64,000 nt of DNA from Balanoglossus misakiensis (GCA_040954595.2 CM082595.2:7732317-7796316), one strand, 5' to 3'; positions 25,679 through 37,999 are shown, counted from the first letter of the stretch. Program-made: numbers and translations. Notes: generated by a model from the sequence alone, not told the origin.

Positions 25679-28600
25679 CTAAAGACGGTTCGATGGCTTA
25701 AATACAGCTCCATTCGTTGACACGGCTCGCCTGTCGAGTACACACTGACGAATTAGGTGTGACAAATGCAAATATAGTTCTATTTTGTTCCATTTTGTGT
25801 CCTCATTCTCAATATCGAATAGTGTCGTGATGAAGAACGTACATACGCCCTCAACGGCCGACGAGTGCATTCCTAACACATATATATACACGTACAAGGG
25901 TCTCGTCGTTTGGCAGCAACGGCCAATATCCAGACACATGTCAGTCATGAGAGAATCGAGCCACTCTTTCGCCGGTTAGTCTGGTCGTGTTTTTCCGGAT
26001 ATACCAGCTGACGGTGACTAACAGGCAAAAGAATCTCAAGGACATATCGAATTGTAAAGTCTTTTGACTGTGACTTTTTAAACCTTGCTTTGACCACCCC
26101 AAGGTGAAATTGAGCTCGTCCGGACACAGCGGTCTATGTTTTTCATCATTCATAATTGCTTCGATCGAAATAACCATACACACATTTTGAAAGTTATGAG
26201 ATATTTGATTCTGTAAGCACAAATTTATTAATAAAAGTTCAGTAAATATCTACGTTAGTCCATTGGAATTGTGTCCGACAGAAGTACATACGCCATCAAC
26301 GGCCGACGAGTGTATTCCTAACACATCTATATATACACGTACAAGGGTCTCGTTTGGTGGCAACAGCCACCTACAGGCGCATGTCAATCATGAGAGAATC
26401 GAGCCACTCTTTCGCCCATACTTGCAAGCCCGAAAGTGTAGTGGCACGGCACGTCAGTTCTTGTTCAAAGTATTTTACCATGTGACGCTTCAACAGATTA
26501 AGCAATGCTTCGTTCATGGTGTGAACCCTTTGTTCTACCATAGCCCATAAACAAGCCAGTATTTCAAACTGATTCATTAGTTGGCTTCTAGACGAGAAAG
26601 TGTCTATACCGTACGCGAAGTTAATGTAGAATTGGTTAGAACTCATTGCGCGGTCGAAATAATTACAGTTAATCGACTTTAGATCAACTACCATTTCAAC
26701 CAAACTTGCATCTTTGTCTAGGTGCGCAATCAAAAAGGGTCTTATTTGTGCACCAACCAAAGTGAAACAACATAGTTTGTTTGATTTTTCTATGTCACCT
26801 GAACTGAATTTAACTTCCACTGGTAATCCCGTAACGTATTGTTTAACATCTTTCCTGAACTCAACCAACGCCGACCAGAAGACCAATTCGTCTCTCTCAA
26901 ATTCATTACGGACCATATCGCTTATGTTTTGTAGACATGCTGCGTTTGGATCACATGAGGCAATTTCTATCTTTTCTTGCATTAGTTTTGCCACCGGTTG
27001 TTCTATGGTAAAACCACATGCATACTTCTGATACATCGCGTAAATAGAAACGGCTCGTTGTAGCATGTTGACAAACCCCCACGCGTGTCCCTCGATCTGC
27101 GGATATTCCGAGGGAGCGAACGTTTCCGGGAACCATTTGGAATCCGGTGAAAACAAACTGGCCTCCAAGAAAAGTTTTCGAATCGGGGTTTTCCACTAAA
27201 TGATTGACAGATTGCGCGTGTAGACCCTCAAAGTGTAAGTCTGTCTGAATTATGTTGGCATTCATTGGTATGTTGCGCAAAGCAATACAGTCGCTTGAAA
27301 AATTACCCAAAATCGACCAAATATTGTCAAACGATTCTGAAGATCTATCGATAATAGCAAGTGGGCGCGGAATATCCCGAGTTTTCCACGAATATATTGC
27401 TATCCCCGCTCCGGGATGCCACTTGTTTGCGACGTATAAAACTCGAGTAGGGGTTGTCAAATAAGACTCAATCGACGATTTAGACTCAACAACCACGAAC
27501 GTTCTCTGATGGGCTAACCAATATGTGCATTTGTCAGCGTGACAGTATAGGTTTGAATATGATCGGTCGCCCTGACACAATATGTCTTTTTCTACGTCTA
27601 TCCATGTTGAAAGTGTGGGCGATTTAAAACACCTATTTAGGAATGACTGTTCTGTCGAGGTGATGACGTCACCATACGGGCAAAAACTCGCGTTGCTTAC
27701 GGCAAAACGACGATTCCAATCCTTGTCTTGACCTAATCCCACCGAAAACAAAACCTTTACTGCGTATATAATCTGAAATGGATTTAATTGGACCGTTGGT
27801 ATTTCGTCGTTCCAGTCCCACGCAGTTTCTAAAAAATGCGCCTCCGCAAAGATTCCTGGCGGAATGATTGTCTCATTTGATACAGAGCGTAATATATCAT
27901 TGGGAATTTCACACGTTGCTATTTTACGCGGTAAATAACTGGGCGGGGCTTTAACATAAATGATGGCGTTCGAATTACTGTTAATATTGTACGCGAATAA
28001 AATACGTGCACCAAGTCGCATATACTGACAACGATTTTGTTTCCGCTCTACCAACACATGGGCATGTGTTTCGTTGTAAGTTGGGTACATAGCAATAGCT
28101 CGTTTGGAACTGATAGCATCTCTCTTCAGTCGAAACTTACTGGCGTATGAACAGCGGTGACGCTGCATGCAACACGTGAAATATGAACGTGGCATTCTGT
28201 AATACATCATTAGAAATCACAACCTCTCTATCGACGGGAGTTGGCATATACATCTTGCGAATGTCACTTGCACGTAAGGCCCATAACAAAACAAACATAT
28301 TTTCTCGGTCTCTGTCCATTGCAAAAATCAACAAAATGTCCGAAGTATCCCTGTAACCCCACTCGGCACACACATTTACATCTTGTAAACTATACGCTTG
28401 TACGTCTCGCAATACGGGGTTAAATTCAATTAAAACGCTCCAATTGCCCGGAGTATGCAAAGCAGCCATCACCGACTCTTTAGTAACCTTGGCTGGGACG
28501 GGATCTTTGTAGTGTAGCAGCTTGGGATATCCTAGTACATGCATAAAACAGAAAAACATCAACAAGTCAGAGTTTAAGTTTAATCCATGTAGCGTTCCGT

Positions 28601-30792
28601 AACAATATAGTTGGGAGTCATCACTCTACAAATAAATATCTTAACAGCTAACCCTAACCCCTAAACAAAAACGAGTATGTAATCCGTTCTTACCAAAAAT
28701 GGCTAAGTTAGTATTGGTCTGTACCAGGCATTCACAGATTTCTCGGTCTATATCGTGCGAAAAATCATTCAATAGTTCTATCTGGAATCCACCCTCGCTG
28801 AATACGTCATATTTCTCCTGTATTAAAACTTGTATGTGTATATCGGCAGTACAAATCGCACGAGTATAATACAAGTTTGCGATAGCCATTATAGCTTGGA
28901 CGTAGTCTACAGTTGGCTGTGTTTTTCGGGACTTCTTTCGAAACGCACCACGTTTCCATTTGACATTTCTAAACACAGATTTTGGTATCATGATATTTAT
29001 GCCCCTGTTGCATTTTTCTACGAGATTGGGACTGTTTGGAATATCACACATTTTCCAGGGAACGTTTTCACCTGGTGGAACTGCGTAAACCTCGCAATTC
29101 ATAAACGAGGATTGATCACCTGTACAGAAATACACGGAATGAAAGTCTCCTCGCGATTTCGTTTCACCCGCATATTTACAAATCGAATGGCAAATTGATC
29201 TAACCCTGCCATCTTCTTGTACTATGTCTTTTCTGACTACACGATTAAATTTATACAGAAGTTTATCTTGTTCCCCGTTCACGTAGGAGCGTCACGAAAA
29301 ACTTAATGACATGTGACATTTTTGTTTGAGATGTGAATAGATTAAACATGTGTGTACGCGCTACTAACTTCTCCTCCCGTAGAAAATGATCCAGTCTATG
29401 TTTCTGAAACATTCTCGCGTTGCCATACAACCTATACAAGTAACACGGATGTGTTTCTGTCGCTTGGAGGTTGTTATCTTCATGATGATGTATATGTACT
29501 TGCGTAATCAATGGCACCTCAGGTTGCGACAGGCGTTTCACTATTTGTCCAAAGTTATCTGCGTAAAACTAGTCTGTCAGTATTACTCGAACGTCATACC
29601 AAACGCGCAGCCTTTCAACTCTATTTGTTCCACGCAAAACAACCGCTGACGGTTTGGAGCAATCATTACGCATATAATAAGTTTTTACTCTTATTTGAGA
29701 AAACCACGTCTGGAAGGGCAGAAATGTATATCCCAAAGGGGGAGTCGGAAATGTATCCACATTTGACTCATAACAAAACTCGTGTAATAGACTCTTTATG
29801 AACAGACCTTGTCTAAAGTCGATACAAATGGTATGGTTTCCAAATTCGAATAATTTTAAAGTACTCTTTGCGATCAGGCACGAGTAAATGTACTCAGTAT
29901 CGCCTGCATATTGTAATTCAATTAAAGCGGGATGAAATATGTCGTAAATGTCATTAAACTGTTTCGCTCTATATCGCATCCTAAATGCAGCCAAGAGTAA
30001 CTCGAAGGCAAATAAAGATTTTTCCAATATTGAACCAGAATAAGGCCCATGCACCCGGTTTTACATGATCTAATAGAAGACTTTCGGCCTGCAATGGCGA
30101 TATGTGTGATATAACGCTAATTATATTGTGTAAATGTAATATTGACTTTGGTTGAGATCCGTACACCTGTTGTGCGAGAAACCAGCATAAGTCCATGTAA
30201 TCTTCAAAGGTGCTTTTGGTCCATCGTAAATTTGATCTTTCCGAAGCCAGCAATGTCATCGCTATGATCGGGATAGCTACATTACAAGCTGTCCAACGAT
30301 AACAAGGATATGACTTTTCTTGTAAATGTTTCCCCAGCTATGCCTTTATACCGTGTACTGATTTAACAGAAAGTTGGATGGGGTCTTCTGTTGCTCGTTT
30401 AGAACATTTCCTAGGCAAAATATCCGTACCCACACACACTAATTCAATGAGCTGACGCACGGATGATCCATTGGTTCCACAAAACCCTAATATATGATCA
30501 ACTTTCGTGACTTCCAAAATTCGTTCTTGAGGTTTCGTGAGCGACCAATGGTCTAAAGTGAACCCGCCTTCACATACTTGCCTGTCGAACAAAGTCACGA
30601 AAATACTAGAGCTCTTTCGAGCCGTACGTTCTCCTAAATGTGTGATGGATTCGTAAGAATATAAGTGTGGTTTCGGGCGCTTTTTCCGAATGCCTGACAA
30701 TGTAGATACTATAGGTTTCTTTTCTTCTTGACTGTGTATTGTTATGTACGTTAGCGGACATACCGAAAAAATATTCATTTGTGTATGTGTAA
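25679..30792 (-). pseudogene. Giant intronless degraded reading frame of unknown family (possibly endogenous viral or horizontally acquired)
   Basis: Consecutive minus-strand ORFs link through single stops or frameshifts. 30338-30792 and 29981-30259 are in frame; 29569-30054 and 29263-29541 are in frame; 28641-29282 and 28137-28565 are in frame; then 26951-28210, 26371-27168 and 25679-25948. More than 1,500 codons in total, with no introns or simple repeats. No motif recognised. Confidence 0.65.
25839..26416. repeat. ~133-bp imperfect direct repeat (25839-25973 / 26284-26416) around a ~310-bp spacer
   Basis: GTACATACGCC(C/A)TCAACGGCCGACGAGTG...GAGAATCGAGCCACTCTTTCGCC occurs twice. Confidence 0.9.
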
Positions 30793-31294
30793 TGCAGCAC
30801 ACATCCAGAATTTCAACAAGAATTTCTGCAGGTGGTTGAACGGAGGCAGGGTTAACGCACTTTGCTGTGCGGTGTTCACCCAGAGTCACCAGACGATGGG
30901 ATTTTGTTGACCGAATTTTAGAATGAGCTGTCGCACAAATATTACAGATATCAAAATCGCACTCCACGCAATGCTTTGTGGGCTCACCTTGTTCACAGGT
31001 GTCGCATTTCGCCGTTTCGGTGGCAGTCTCTCCTTTCGTGAATTGTTCGACCAAGTTATTCATTAATTCGTTGGCCTCAATTCCTTCGACGCCATTATCG
31101 TGGAGCTCGTGCGAACGACGACACACCGGACATGTTATGACGCCAGTTTTCTCTGCCAGCTTCCCCAGACACGGCTCACAGAAGCTGTGTAGACACGGTA
31201 GAATCTTAGCATTCTTGTATCGCTCCGAGCAGATAGTACAGGACAGAAAATTAGCGTCGATTTCCGCCAAATACCTGGACTCTTTCGCTGCCAT
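30338..31294 (-). CDS. Chimeric TRIM: RING + B-box 1 fused in frame to unrelated sequence (318 aa to first stop)
   Basis: The first ~155 aa are nearly identical to the TRIM at 35786-37999, up to VQPP (~30829). Then a ~34-bp inverted TRIM segment, then unknown sequence. Expression unknown. Confidence 0.7.
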   Translation of the reverse strand: MAAKESRYLAEIDANFLSCTICSERYKNAKILPCLHSFCEPCLGKLAEKTGVITCPVCRRSHELHDNGVEGIEANELMNNLVEQFTKGETATETAKCDTCEQGEPTKHCVECDFDICNICATAHSKIRSTKSHRLVTLGEHRTAKCVNPASVQPPAEILVEILDVCCITHTQMNIFSVCPLTYITIHSQEEKKPIVSTLSGIRKKRPKPHLYSYESITHLGERTARKSSSIFVTLFDRQVCEGGFTLDHWSLTKPQERILEVTKVDHILGFCGTNGSSVRQLIELVCVGTDILPRKCSKRATEDPIQLSVKSVHGIKA

Positions 31295-31823
31295 AGCTGT
31301 TGATGTGAGTTGAACGTCTTTGTGTTCTTGTGTGTACCAGTACAGAAATCACGTGACGCGATTCCACGAAGTCTGGTGTATATACAATGTACCTGTTCCC
31401 CGTAGTGCAATGTTTACTGAACTGTCAATGGTTTGTCACCCGTATATGATAAGCCCTGTCCCCGGCGCATAGTCTAGTGTGAAGAGAAGTGAATGAGCAA
31501 TAGCAATGACCTCGTTTGAACTTAGGGGTGAACCATTTGATAACTTGAAGGGGGGCTGGGATGGAGATTGATTATATAGCGTTATATTTTGTTGTGGAAC
31601 CATAGTATATCTGGCACAGTATTCGTCAGGAAAATGAAAAAAAAATGTGTTCCAGAAAGTTGTTTTTTATTATCAAAGAGCAATTGTATATCTGACAACT
31701 TTTGCACCTGGAAAATGAATAATAAATGTGTTCCAGAAATTTAACTTTTGATGAATTTTGATCCAAAACAACTTTTAATAACTTCATACATAAAGTAAAT
31801 AGCAACGGAGTTATAAAGTTTAA

Positions 31824-34205
31824 ATATATATATTTTGTTTCAGTATTTTAGGCCACCGGCCTTCAAACAATAATTTAACTGATACATATACAGACATACA
31901 GTGGGGCTTACATGTTTGACATAATAGATACAATGCCATCAAAACAGAAATAGACGTGTATGCAATCAATTATCCTGCAATAAATTATCTCTTAACTTAA
32001 AACTATAAGAAATAAACTTTGCCAGATTTATGAAGGTGCGGGGGGTTTTGAGAGTTTAACAGGCTAGAGTATTTCTTAAATGAAGGTTGTTGATAGTGGA
32101 TCGGTGAGAGAAATCGTGTTCTTAATTCCTTGTAGATGGGACAAATAAGACAGAAATGAAATTCCGTTTCAACTTGTTGTAAAGTACAAAACTGACAAAT
32201 TCTGTTTTCTCTTGGTAACCCTTCAAATCGGCCACTCTCTATTAATAGTTTGTGGTTTGAAATTCTAAATTTACAAAGGGTGACTCTAAATAGCTCAATA
32301 TTTACACAATTCAACTATTTTTTCAAAAGACAACTTATTTTTAAATAAACTATGAGAATCCATTGACCAATTCACTGTGTCATACCTGCTGACCAATATC
32401 CAATCATCTTTGTTTAAAATTGGAAAGAAAAAGACATTCGTTTCCCACAGCCTGTGACTCCCAGGAAATATCAAAACCAAATGTAAATAAAAGGTCTTTG
32501 ACCTTTTTGGTGCAACAGTTATAACCTTTGTCTGCCATTTCACGTTGGTAATCATAACGTTGCTTAGTATATCTATAATTGTCGCTGTGAATTAATTTTA
32601 CCCAGTATGTAATAATGCGTGGGAGACGAAGCGTTTTTAAAGATTGTCTGCCAAGTTCTCCCAAGACAGCTAAATTAGTTGACCTTGAACTAACCTTGAG
32701 TATATATTTACAGAAATCTATTTGTATTTTTTTTCAATATCCTTACCCTCATGAAAACCCCATACTTCACTACCGTACATAAGTATTGGAAGAATTTTAC
32801 AGTCGAAAATTCGTAGAGCTAGCTCTATATGTTTTGAAACTGACTCAGATATCTTTTAATATTGTACAAAGCCCTTTTCCCTTGTTTAGCAAGGATTTCT
32901 TGAGCCTTTGTCCAGATTCCTGAACAAGACAAGGTCAGACCGAGGGGCGCCATATTGGAGTGGACGTGTCAGCAACGTCTCCTGCCTGCTTGTATAACTT
33001 TTTCAAAATATCGCGTTAAAACTTCAAGATTCACAGTAACTTCGAGTCTAGACCAAGGGTAATATTAAACTGCAAATATGGGTATCAGTTTGCAACTTTG
33101 GAGAGGACGCATCGGCGGGTTTTCGCAACCAAATTCCTGGAAGTGTGTCGAAAGTCATGCATAGCGGTGACGTGTCGCAACGGACAAGGTATTCACGTTG
33201 GCCACCTGTCCTTGACTATCTGTGCAGAACTACAGCAACAGTTTTCATTTCATTATTGAACTGACGTTGTTGTTTGGTTTTCTGCTATCTAAAATTGAAA
33301 TGGACAACCTAGCCAGCTTTTCAACCAATGAAGATATCAACAATGTTATGGAGTATGAACATGTCATGGTTTTTGAACAGCGTATGGTTACCAATGTCGT
33401 TGTAACAGCAGGTCTGCAAGGCAACCCAGTATTCGTACCCCTTCTTTTGACTTTGAGTGGAGACATTGAATTAAACCCAGGACCTCCAAAAGCGGTTAAG
33501 CAGGTAAAATTGAAAGAATGTACTGGTACTCAAAGAGAACTCAGGTCAAACTCGACTCCAACAGTGAGCGAACCGGAGGCCCCAAAAGAAACCAGTTTAG
33601 CCGATGTCATACCTGAAATTCGAGAACTCAAAGTCGACCTGAAAACACAGATTGATACATCGGTTCACGATGTTCATGATAGAGTTGACGAGTTGAAGGA
33701 TGAAGTGAATCGTTTGGGGAGCGAACTGAAAGAAAATTACCAGGAAACTGTTCGATTAGAGAACAAGTTTTTAAAAGACAATATAAGCACGGTGTTAAGA
33801 GAACTCGACGATGTCAAAGGTAGGATGAAACGGGATAATCTTCTATTCCATAATATCGAACAGTCGCCTAATGAAACTTGGAACGATACCGAAAACAAAG
33901 TGAAGACATTTTTGTCAGACAAATTAGACCTAGAAGCAGCTTTGTATTCGACGGGGTTCATCGTCTATCTAATGCGAAAGGTCATCCCCAACCTATTGTT
34001 GCCAAATTCACACGCTTCAAACAACGGGAACAAGTCTTACAGAAAGCACGAGGGAGTCTCAAGAACACAAACTTTCGGGTTTCTGAAGACTTTACTCCAA
34101 GGGTACGGGAGACTAGGAGAAAGCTTCGACAGTTTCTACAGAAAGCGAGAGAAGAAGGTAAACGCGCATTTTTGAATTATGACAAGTTTAAGATTGATGG
34201 AACTC
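31824..34205. mobile_element. RTE-X/CR1-like LINE with 5' inversion: 3' ORF2 fragment (minus, 31824-32945) joined to 5'UTR+ORF1 (plus, ~32946-34205)
   Basis: Minus part encodes GLTLSCSGIWTKAQ..., FRISNHKLLIESGR and a CCHC motif (CQFC...ETEFHFCLIC). Plus part encodes MGISLQLWRGRIGGF, GDIELNPGP, a coiled coil and DNLLFHNI. Flanked by TATAAAGTTTAA (31812-31823) / TATAAATTTAA (34206-34216). The empty site is visible at ~50571-50582. Confidence 0.8.
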
Positions 34206-35785
34206 TATAAATTTAATTGTTTTGAATGAATGCAGCATAAAATGTCAATTGAAAGCAAAAAGAGCGTGTACATAATGACAGGGCCTTCACTCAAACACTG
34301 TAGGATTACACCTAATAATGGGTTCAAGTTTGGCATGCACGGACGCACACGCACGTACACACACACACACACACACACATCCACGCGCAGACGAACACAC
34401 ACACAAGCGCAATTCTCCCAATGACATTACAATTGACAGTTCGTCTCATAACGATGTTTTTAAGTACGGACCCAGGCATCTTGTGTTCGCCCTACACTTT
34501 TCTAGTTTTCATTTTATATTTTAAACTTGTTTGAAAATGGAAACATGCATTGATATAAGAATGCAGTGAGCCCGTTTTATCGGTCCAAAATTGTTCTTCA
34601 ACCCCACACAATCCTCTCTTCACAGTGAGTAGTGACTCATTGACAAATATTCTGGATTTGCAAATCAAATATCTTTAATTATCAAATTAAAAAAAAAAAT
34701 CAAACAAACACACTACAGGTTTCGCACTGTTATTCAAAAATGTAGCAGAGATGAACTGATTGTAAAATCACTTGTTGGATATAAGAGTTTCAAACTGACA
34801 AGCACAAAGATTGTACAAGCATAATCAAATCAGACTTACATGTATTACATGTTTAGTACTGTTATTCGAATAGGTAGCAAATATATGTACTGATTAAAAA
34901 ATCATTTGCAGGATAATACAGTTTCAAAATTATAACATGTTGAAAGCACAAATATTGCACAAACATACATCCTTGTTTATATAGAAAACATCGTAAAATA
35001 TACAAATTGTCAGAGGAATAAAAAGAAATATAAGAAAAGTTTACAACGCACACATATATTTAACATTCTACCTGAAAAAATCACTTACCAACATAGATTC
35101 CTGTCGATTATATATAATTTTCATTAACAGAAGACTAAAATTGTCTTTTTTTCAAAAATTATTATTCAAAGTCAATATTTAGCAATTAATATTATCATTT
35201 GTTACAATAAGAACTCATTTCCATGGTGATCTAGTTCTTTTTAAACATGAAAAACGTCATGACACTTTAACGATAAAAAATAACAAAGGTTAGAATTTCT
35301 GGTTTCCATGGTTTCTAAGTATAATAGACTGATTCAATATATCGGCAATATCGGTGTATTTTAGCGTAGATACTTCAGCAATTAATATTATCACTTGTTA
35401 CAATAAAAACTCATTTGTAATTATTTTTCAATGCATTTGGTATGAGATGATAGAGTTACATACAGAGTACAATGTACTAACATTTTTACGATCACAGTTG
35501 ACGGATGCGATTTAACTAAACTTTCAATTTGTAAATTTGCCGAGATAAAATGTCTGTGATGAGAATAGGTTTGAAATTATAAAGGGAAAAGTGGACAATG
35601 TTTTTAATAAGTACAAACATATATAATGTATTCAGACAACTAATGTTAAACGACTGCATGGAATTCACCTCCTTTCAAGTTTTCTTTTTTTTCATCAATT
35701 GCATAAGCAAGTTTACTTAGTAACATCATTCGTAAAACCGCGGTTTCTACACTAAGAACGAATACACTACTTCTTGCTGTACATT

Positions 35786-37999
35786 TTATTGCGTAAAGAC
35801 TTTCACGCAATCATCTCCACTGTCACAAACAATGACTGTGTCGTCATCAGTGACGCAGATACCGGCTGGGTGTACCAGCCCGTCATTCACATCATCGACA
35901 CGACAAACAAACTGACCCCGGGATTTGTATTTCATGATTCTGCTGTTGTTGTTCTCTGCGACATACACATAGCCGTGTTTGTCCACAGATACTCCTTGGG
36001 GCCAGTTCAGCTGACCATCCCCACTTCCGTGGGATCCGAAGGTATACAGGAATTGGCCATCCCCATTGAACACTTGGATTCGATGATTGATGGTTTCTGA
36101 CACATAAACATGCCCAGTATCATCCACACAGATAAACGAGGGACAATTCAACTGACCACCCCGACTCCCATAACCGCCAAATGATTTGATGTGACGGCCA
36201 TCTTGGTCGTAAATGTGAATACAGTGACCTTGGTAATCCACAACGTAAACCCTTCCATTCACTGGACTAATAGCGATACCCATGACATATTTAAATTCTC
36301 CCTTTCCAAAACACTTGATTATTTCCCCATTCTCATCACAGATAATTATCTGATGATTTCCACTATCAGTAATAAAGACATTACCGTCCGCTGACACAGC
36401 TGCATCACGGGGACATAAATTATTGACACTTGTAAACTGGAACACCTTCCGATGTTTTCCATCTACAGTGAAAGATTGCAATCTGTGGTTATTTCTATCA
36501 CAAACCAACGCATCTCCATTCCGCATCACTGTTATCCCCTCAATACCACTTAATTGACCAATCCCAGAACCTGACCCCCCAAACTTACACACCAACCCTT
36601 TCTTACGGGTAACTTTAATTCTAACTGGCGATCCCTTAACTGATTTCTTACGTACTGACACTGACAGTTCGTGATCTCCGACAACCTTTACGGATGTTTT
36701 CAAAGTGATCGTTTCTTCCCCGTTGTCGCTCACTTCCACGTCTTCTGTGCTGTTATCCGGTGTCTTCAAGACAGCGTCCACTTTGACGCGTCTCCGTGCA
36801 TCCCCGCTCCGAGCGGCGGCACCATCTTCACTCACCACAGTCACCCTGATTTCATCGCCAACCTTCACCGTTTGTGGGACGTCAGCTAGCTTGTAAGCTG
36901 TGTGCTGGAATTTCAATGTCCCCAAACTCTTTTCTCCACAGAAGTCGTCGCGTGGTTGGAACTCCATGTAGTCGTCTGCCAGAGGCTCTACTTGTGTCTC
37001 CATTTTCAACAATTCTGTCGTCTGCTCATCAACCCCCTTCTTTGCGGACATTTGTTGCGAAGCGTTCCCATAATGCACCAGCTTCTCGATATATTCACGA
37101 GAACTTGCAAGATCATTCTCGGCGATGTCCAGTTCTTTCAGTTGTGCGGTCAAGTTGATTTTCCTCTTTTCGTATTCATCTTTCAACTCTGTCAGGAGTT
37201 TGTCACCATTTTCTTGTATCAGACGCGTCACTTCTTCGATGGTTTGACGGATGTGTCGCTTCACTTTCTCCTCTTCTCCGCGGAAACATTTCTCCAGGTT
37301 TTCTAACATTTGCTGCACTGAGACTTTGCTGTCGTTTGCTTCGATTTCTTTCACTTTCATTTTGTCGATGGCGGTGTGTAAAACTTCCTTGAAGTCCTTC
37401 GCTGCGTCTTTGACACATCTGTATTGGTGATCTGGTTTTGAATGTTCCAATGCAGTGCATTTCAGACAGATCGCCTTGTTGCACGTATCACAGTAGAATT
37501 CTTGTTGAAATTCTGGATGTGTGCTGCAGTACACAGGTGGTTGAACGGAGGCAGGGTTAACGCACTTTGCTGTGCGGTGTTCACCCAGAGTCACCAGACG
37601 ATGGGATTTTGTCCACCGAATTTTAGAATGAGCTGTCGCACAAATATTACAGATATCAAAATCACACTCCACGCAATGCTTTGTGGGCTCACCTTGTTCA
37701 CAGGTGTCGCATTTCGCCGTTTCGGTGACAGTCTCTCCTTTCGTGAATTGTTGGACCAAGTTATTCATTAATTCGTTGGCCTCAATTCCTTCGACGCCAT
37801 TATCGTGGAGCTCGTGCGAACGACGACACACTGGACATGTTATGACGCCAGTTTTCTCTGCCAGCTTCCCCAGACACGGCTCACAGAAGCTGTGTAGACA
37901 CGGTAGAATCTTAGCATTCTTGTATCGCTCCGAGCAGATAGTACAGGACAGAAAATTAGCGTCGATTTCCGCCAAGAACGTGGACTCTTTCGCTGCCAT
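35786..37999 (-). CDS. TRIM-NHL E3 ubiquitin ligase (TRIM2/3/71-like architecture), intronless, intact, 737 aa
   Basis: RING (CTICSERYKNAKILPCLHSFCEPC...CPVC), B-box1 (CDTC...HCVECDFDICNICATAH), B-box2 (CSTH...FYCDTCNKAICLKC...H), coiled coil, filamin-like domain (GDHELSVSV...GSP) and six NHL repeats. Confidence 0.95.
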   Translation of the reverse strand: MAAKESTFLAEIDANFLSCTICSERYKNAKILPCLHSFCEPCLGKLAEKTGVITCPVCRRSHELHDNGVEGIEANELMNNLVQQFTKGETVTETAKCDTCEQGEPTKHCVECDFDICNICATAHSKIRWTKSHRLVTLGEHRTAKCVNPASVQPPVYCSTHPEFQQEFYCDTCNKAICLKCTALEHSKPDHQYRCVKDAAKDFKEVLHTAIDKMKVKEIEANDSKVSVQQMLENLEKCFRGEEEKVKRHIRQTIEEVTRLIQENGDKLLTELKDEYEKRKINLTAQLKELDIAENDLASSREYIEKLVHYGNASQQMSAKKGVDEQTTELLKMETQVEPLADDYMEFQPRDDFCGEKSLGTLKFQHTAYKLADVPQTVKVGDEIRVTVVSEDGAAARSGDARRRVKVDAVLKTPDNSTEDVEVSDNGEETITLKTSVKVVGDHELSVSVRKKSVKGSPVRIKVTRKKGLVCKFGGSGSGIGQLSGIEGITVMRNGDALVCDRNNHRLQSFTVDGKHRKVFQFTSVNNLCPRDAAVSADGNVFITDSGNHQIIICDENGEIIKCFGKGEFKYVMGIAISPVNGRVYVVDYQGHCIHIYDQDGRHIKSFGGYGSRGGQLNCPSFICVDDTGHVYVSETINHRIQVFNGDGQFLYTFGSHGSGDGQLNWPQGVSVDKHGYVYVAENNNSRIMKYKSRGQFVCRVDDVNDGLVHPAGICVTDDDTVIVCDSGDDCVKVFTQ

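Noticed and set aside
27330-27460. SAMD9-like P-loop suggested by HPGAG in the unknown ORF
   Set aside because: The G(K/T)(S/T) residues are missing and no AlbA/SIR2-type motifs were recognised. Too weak to call.
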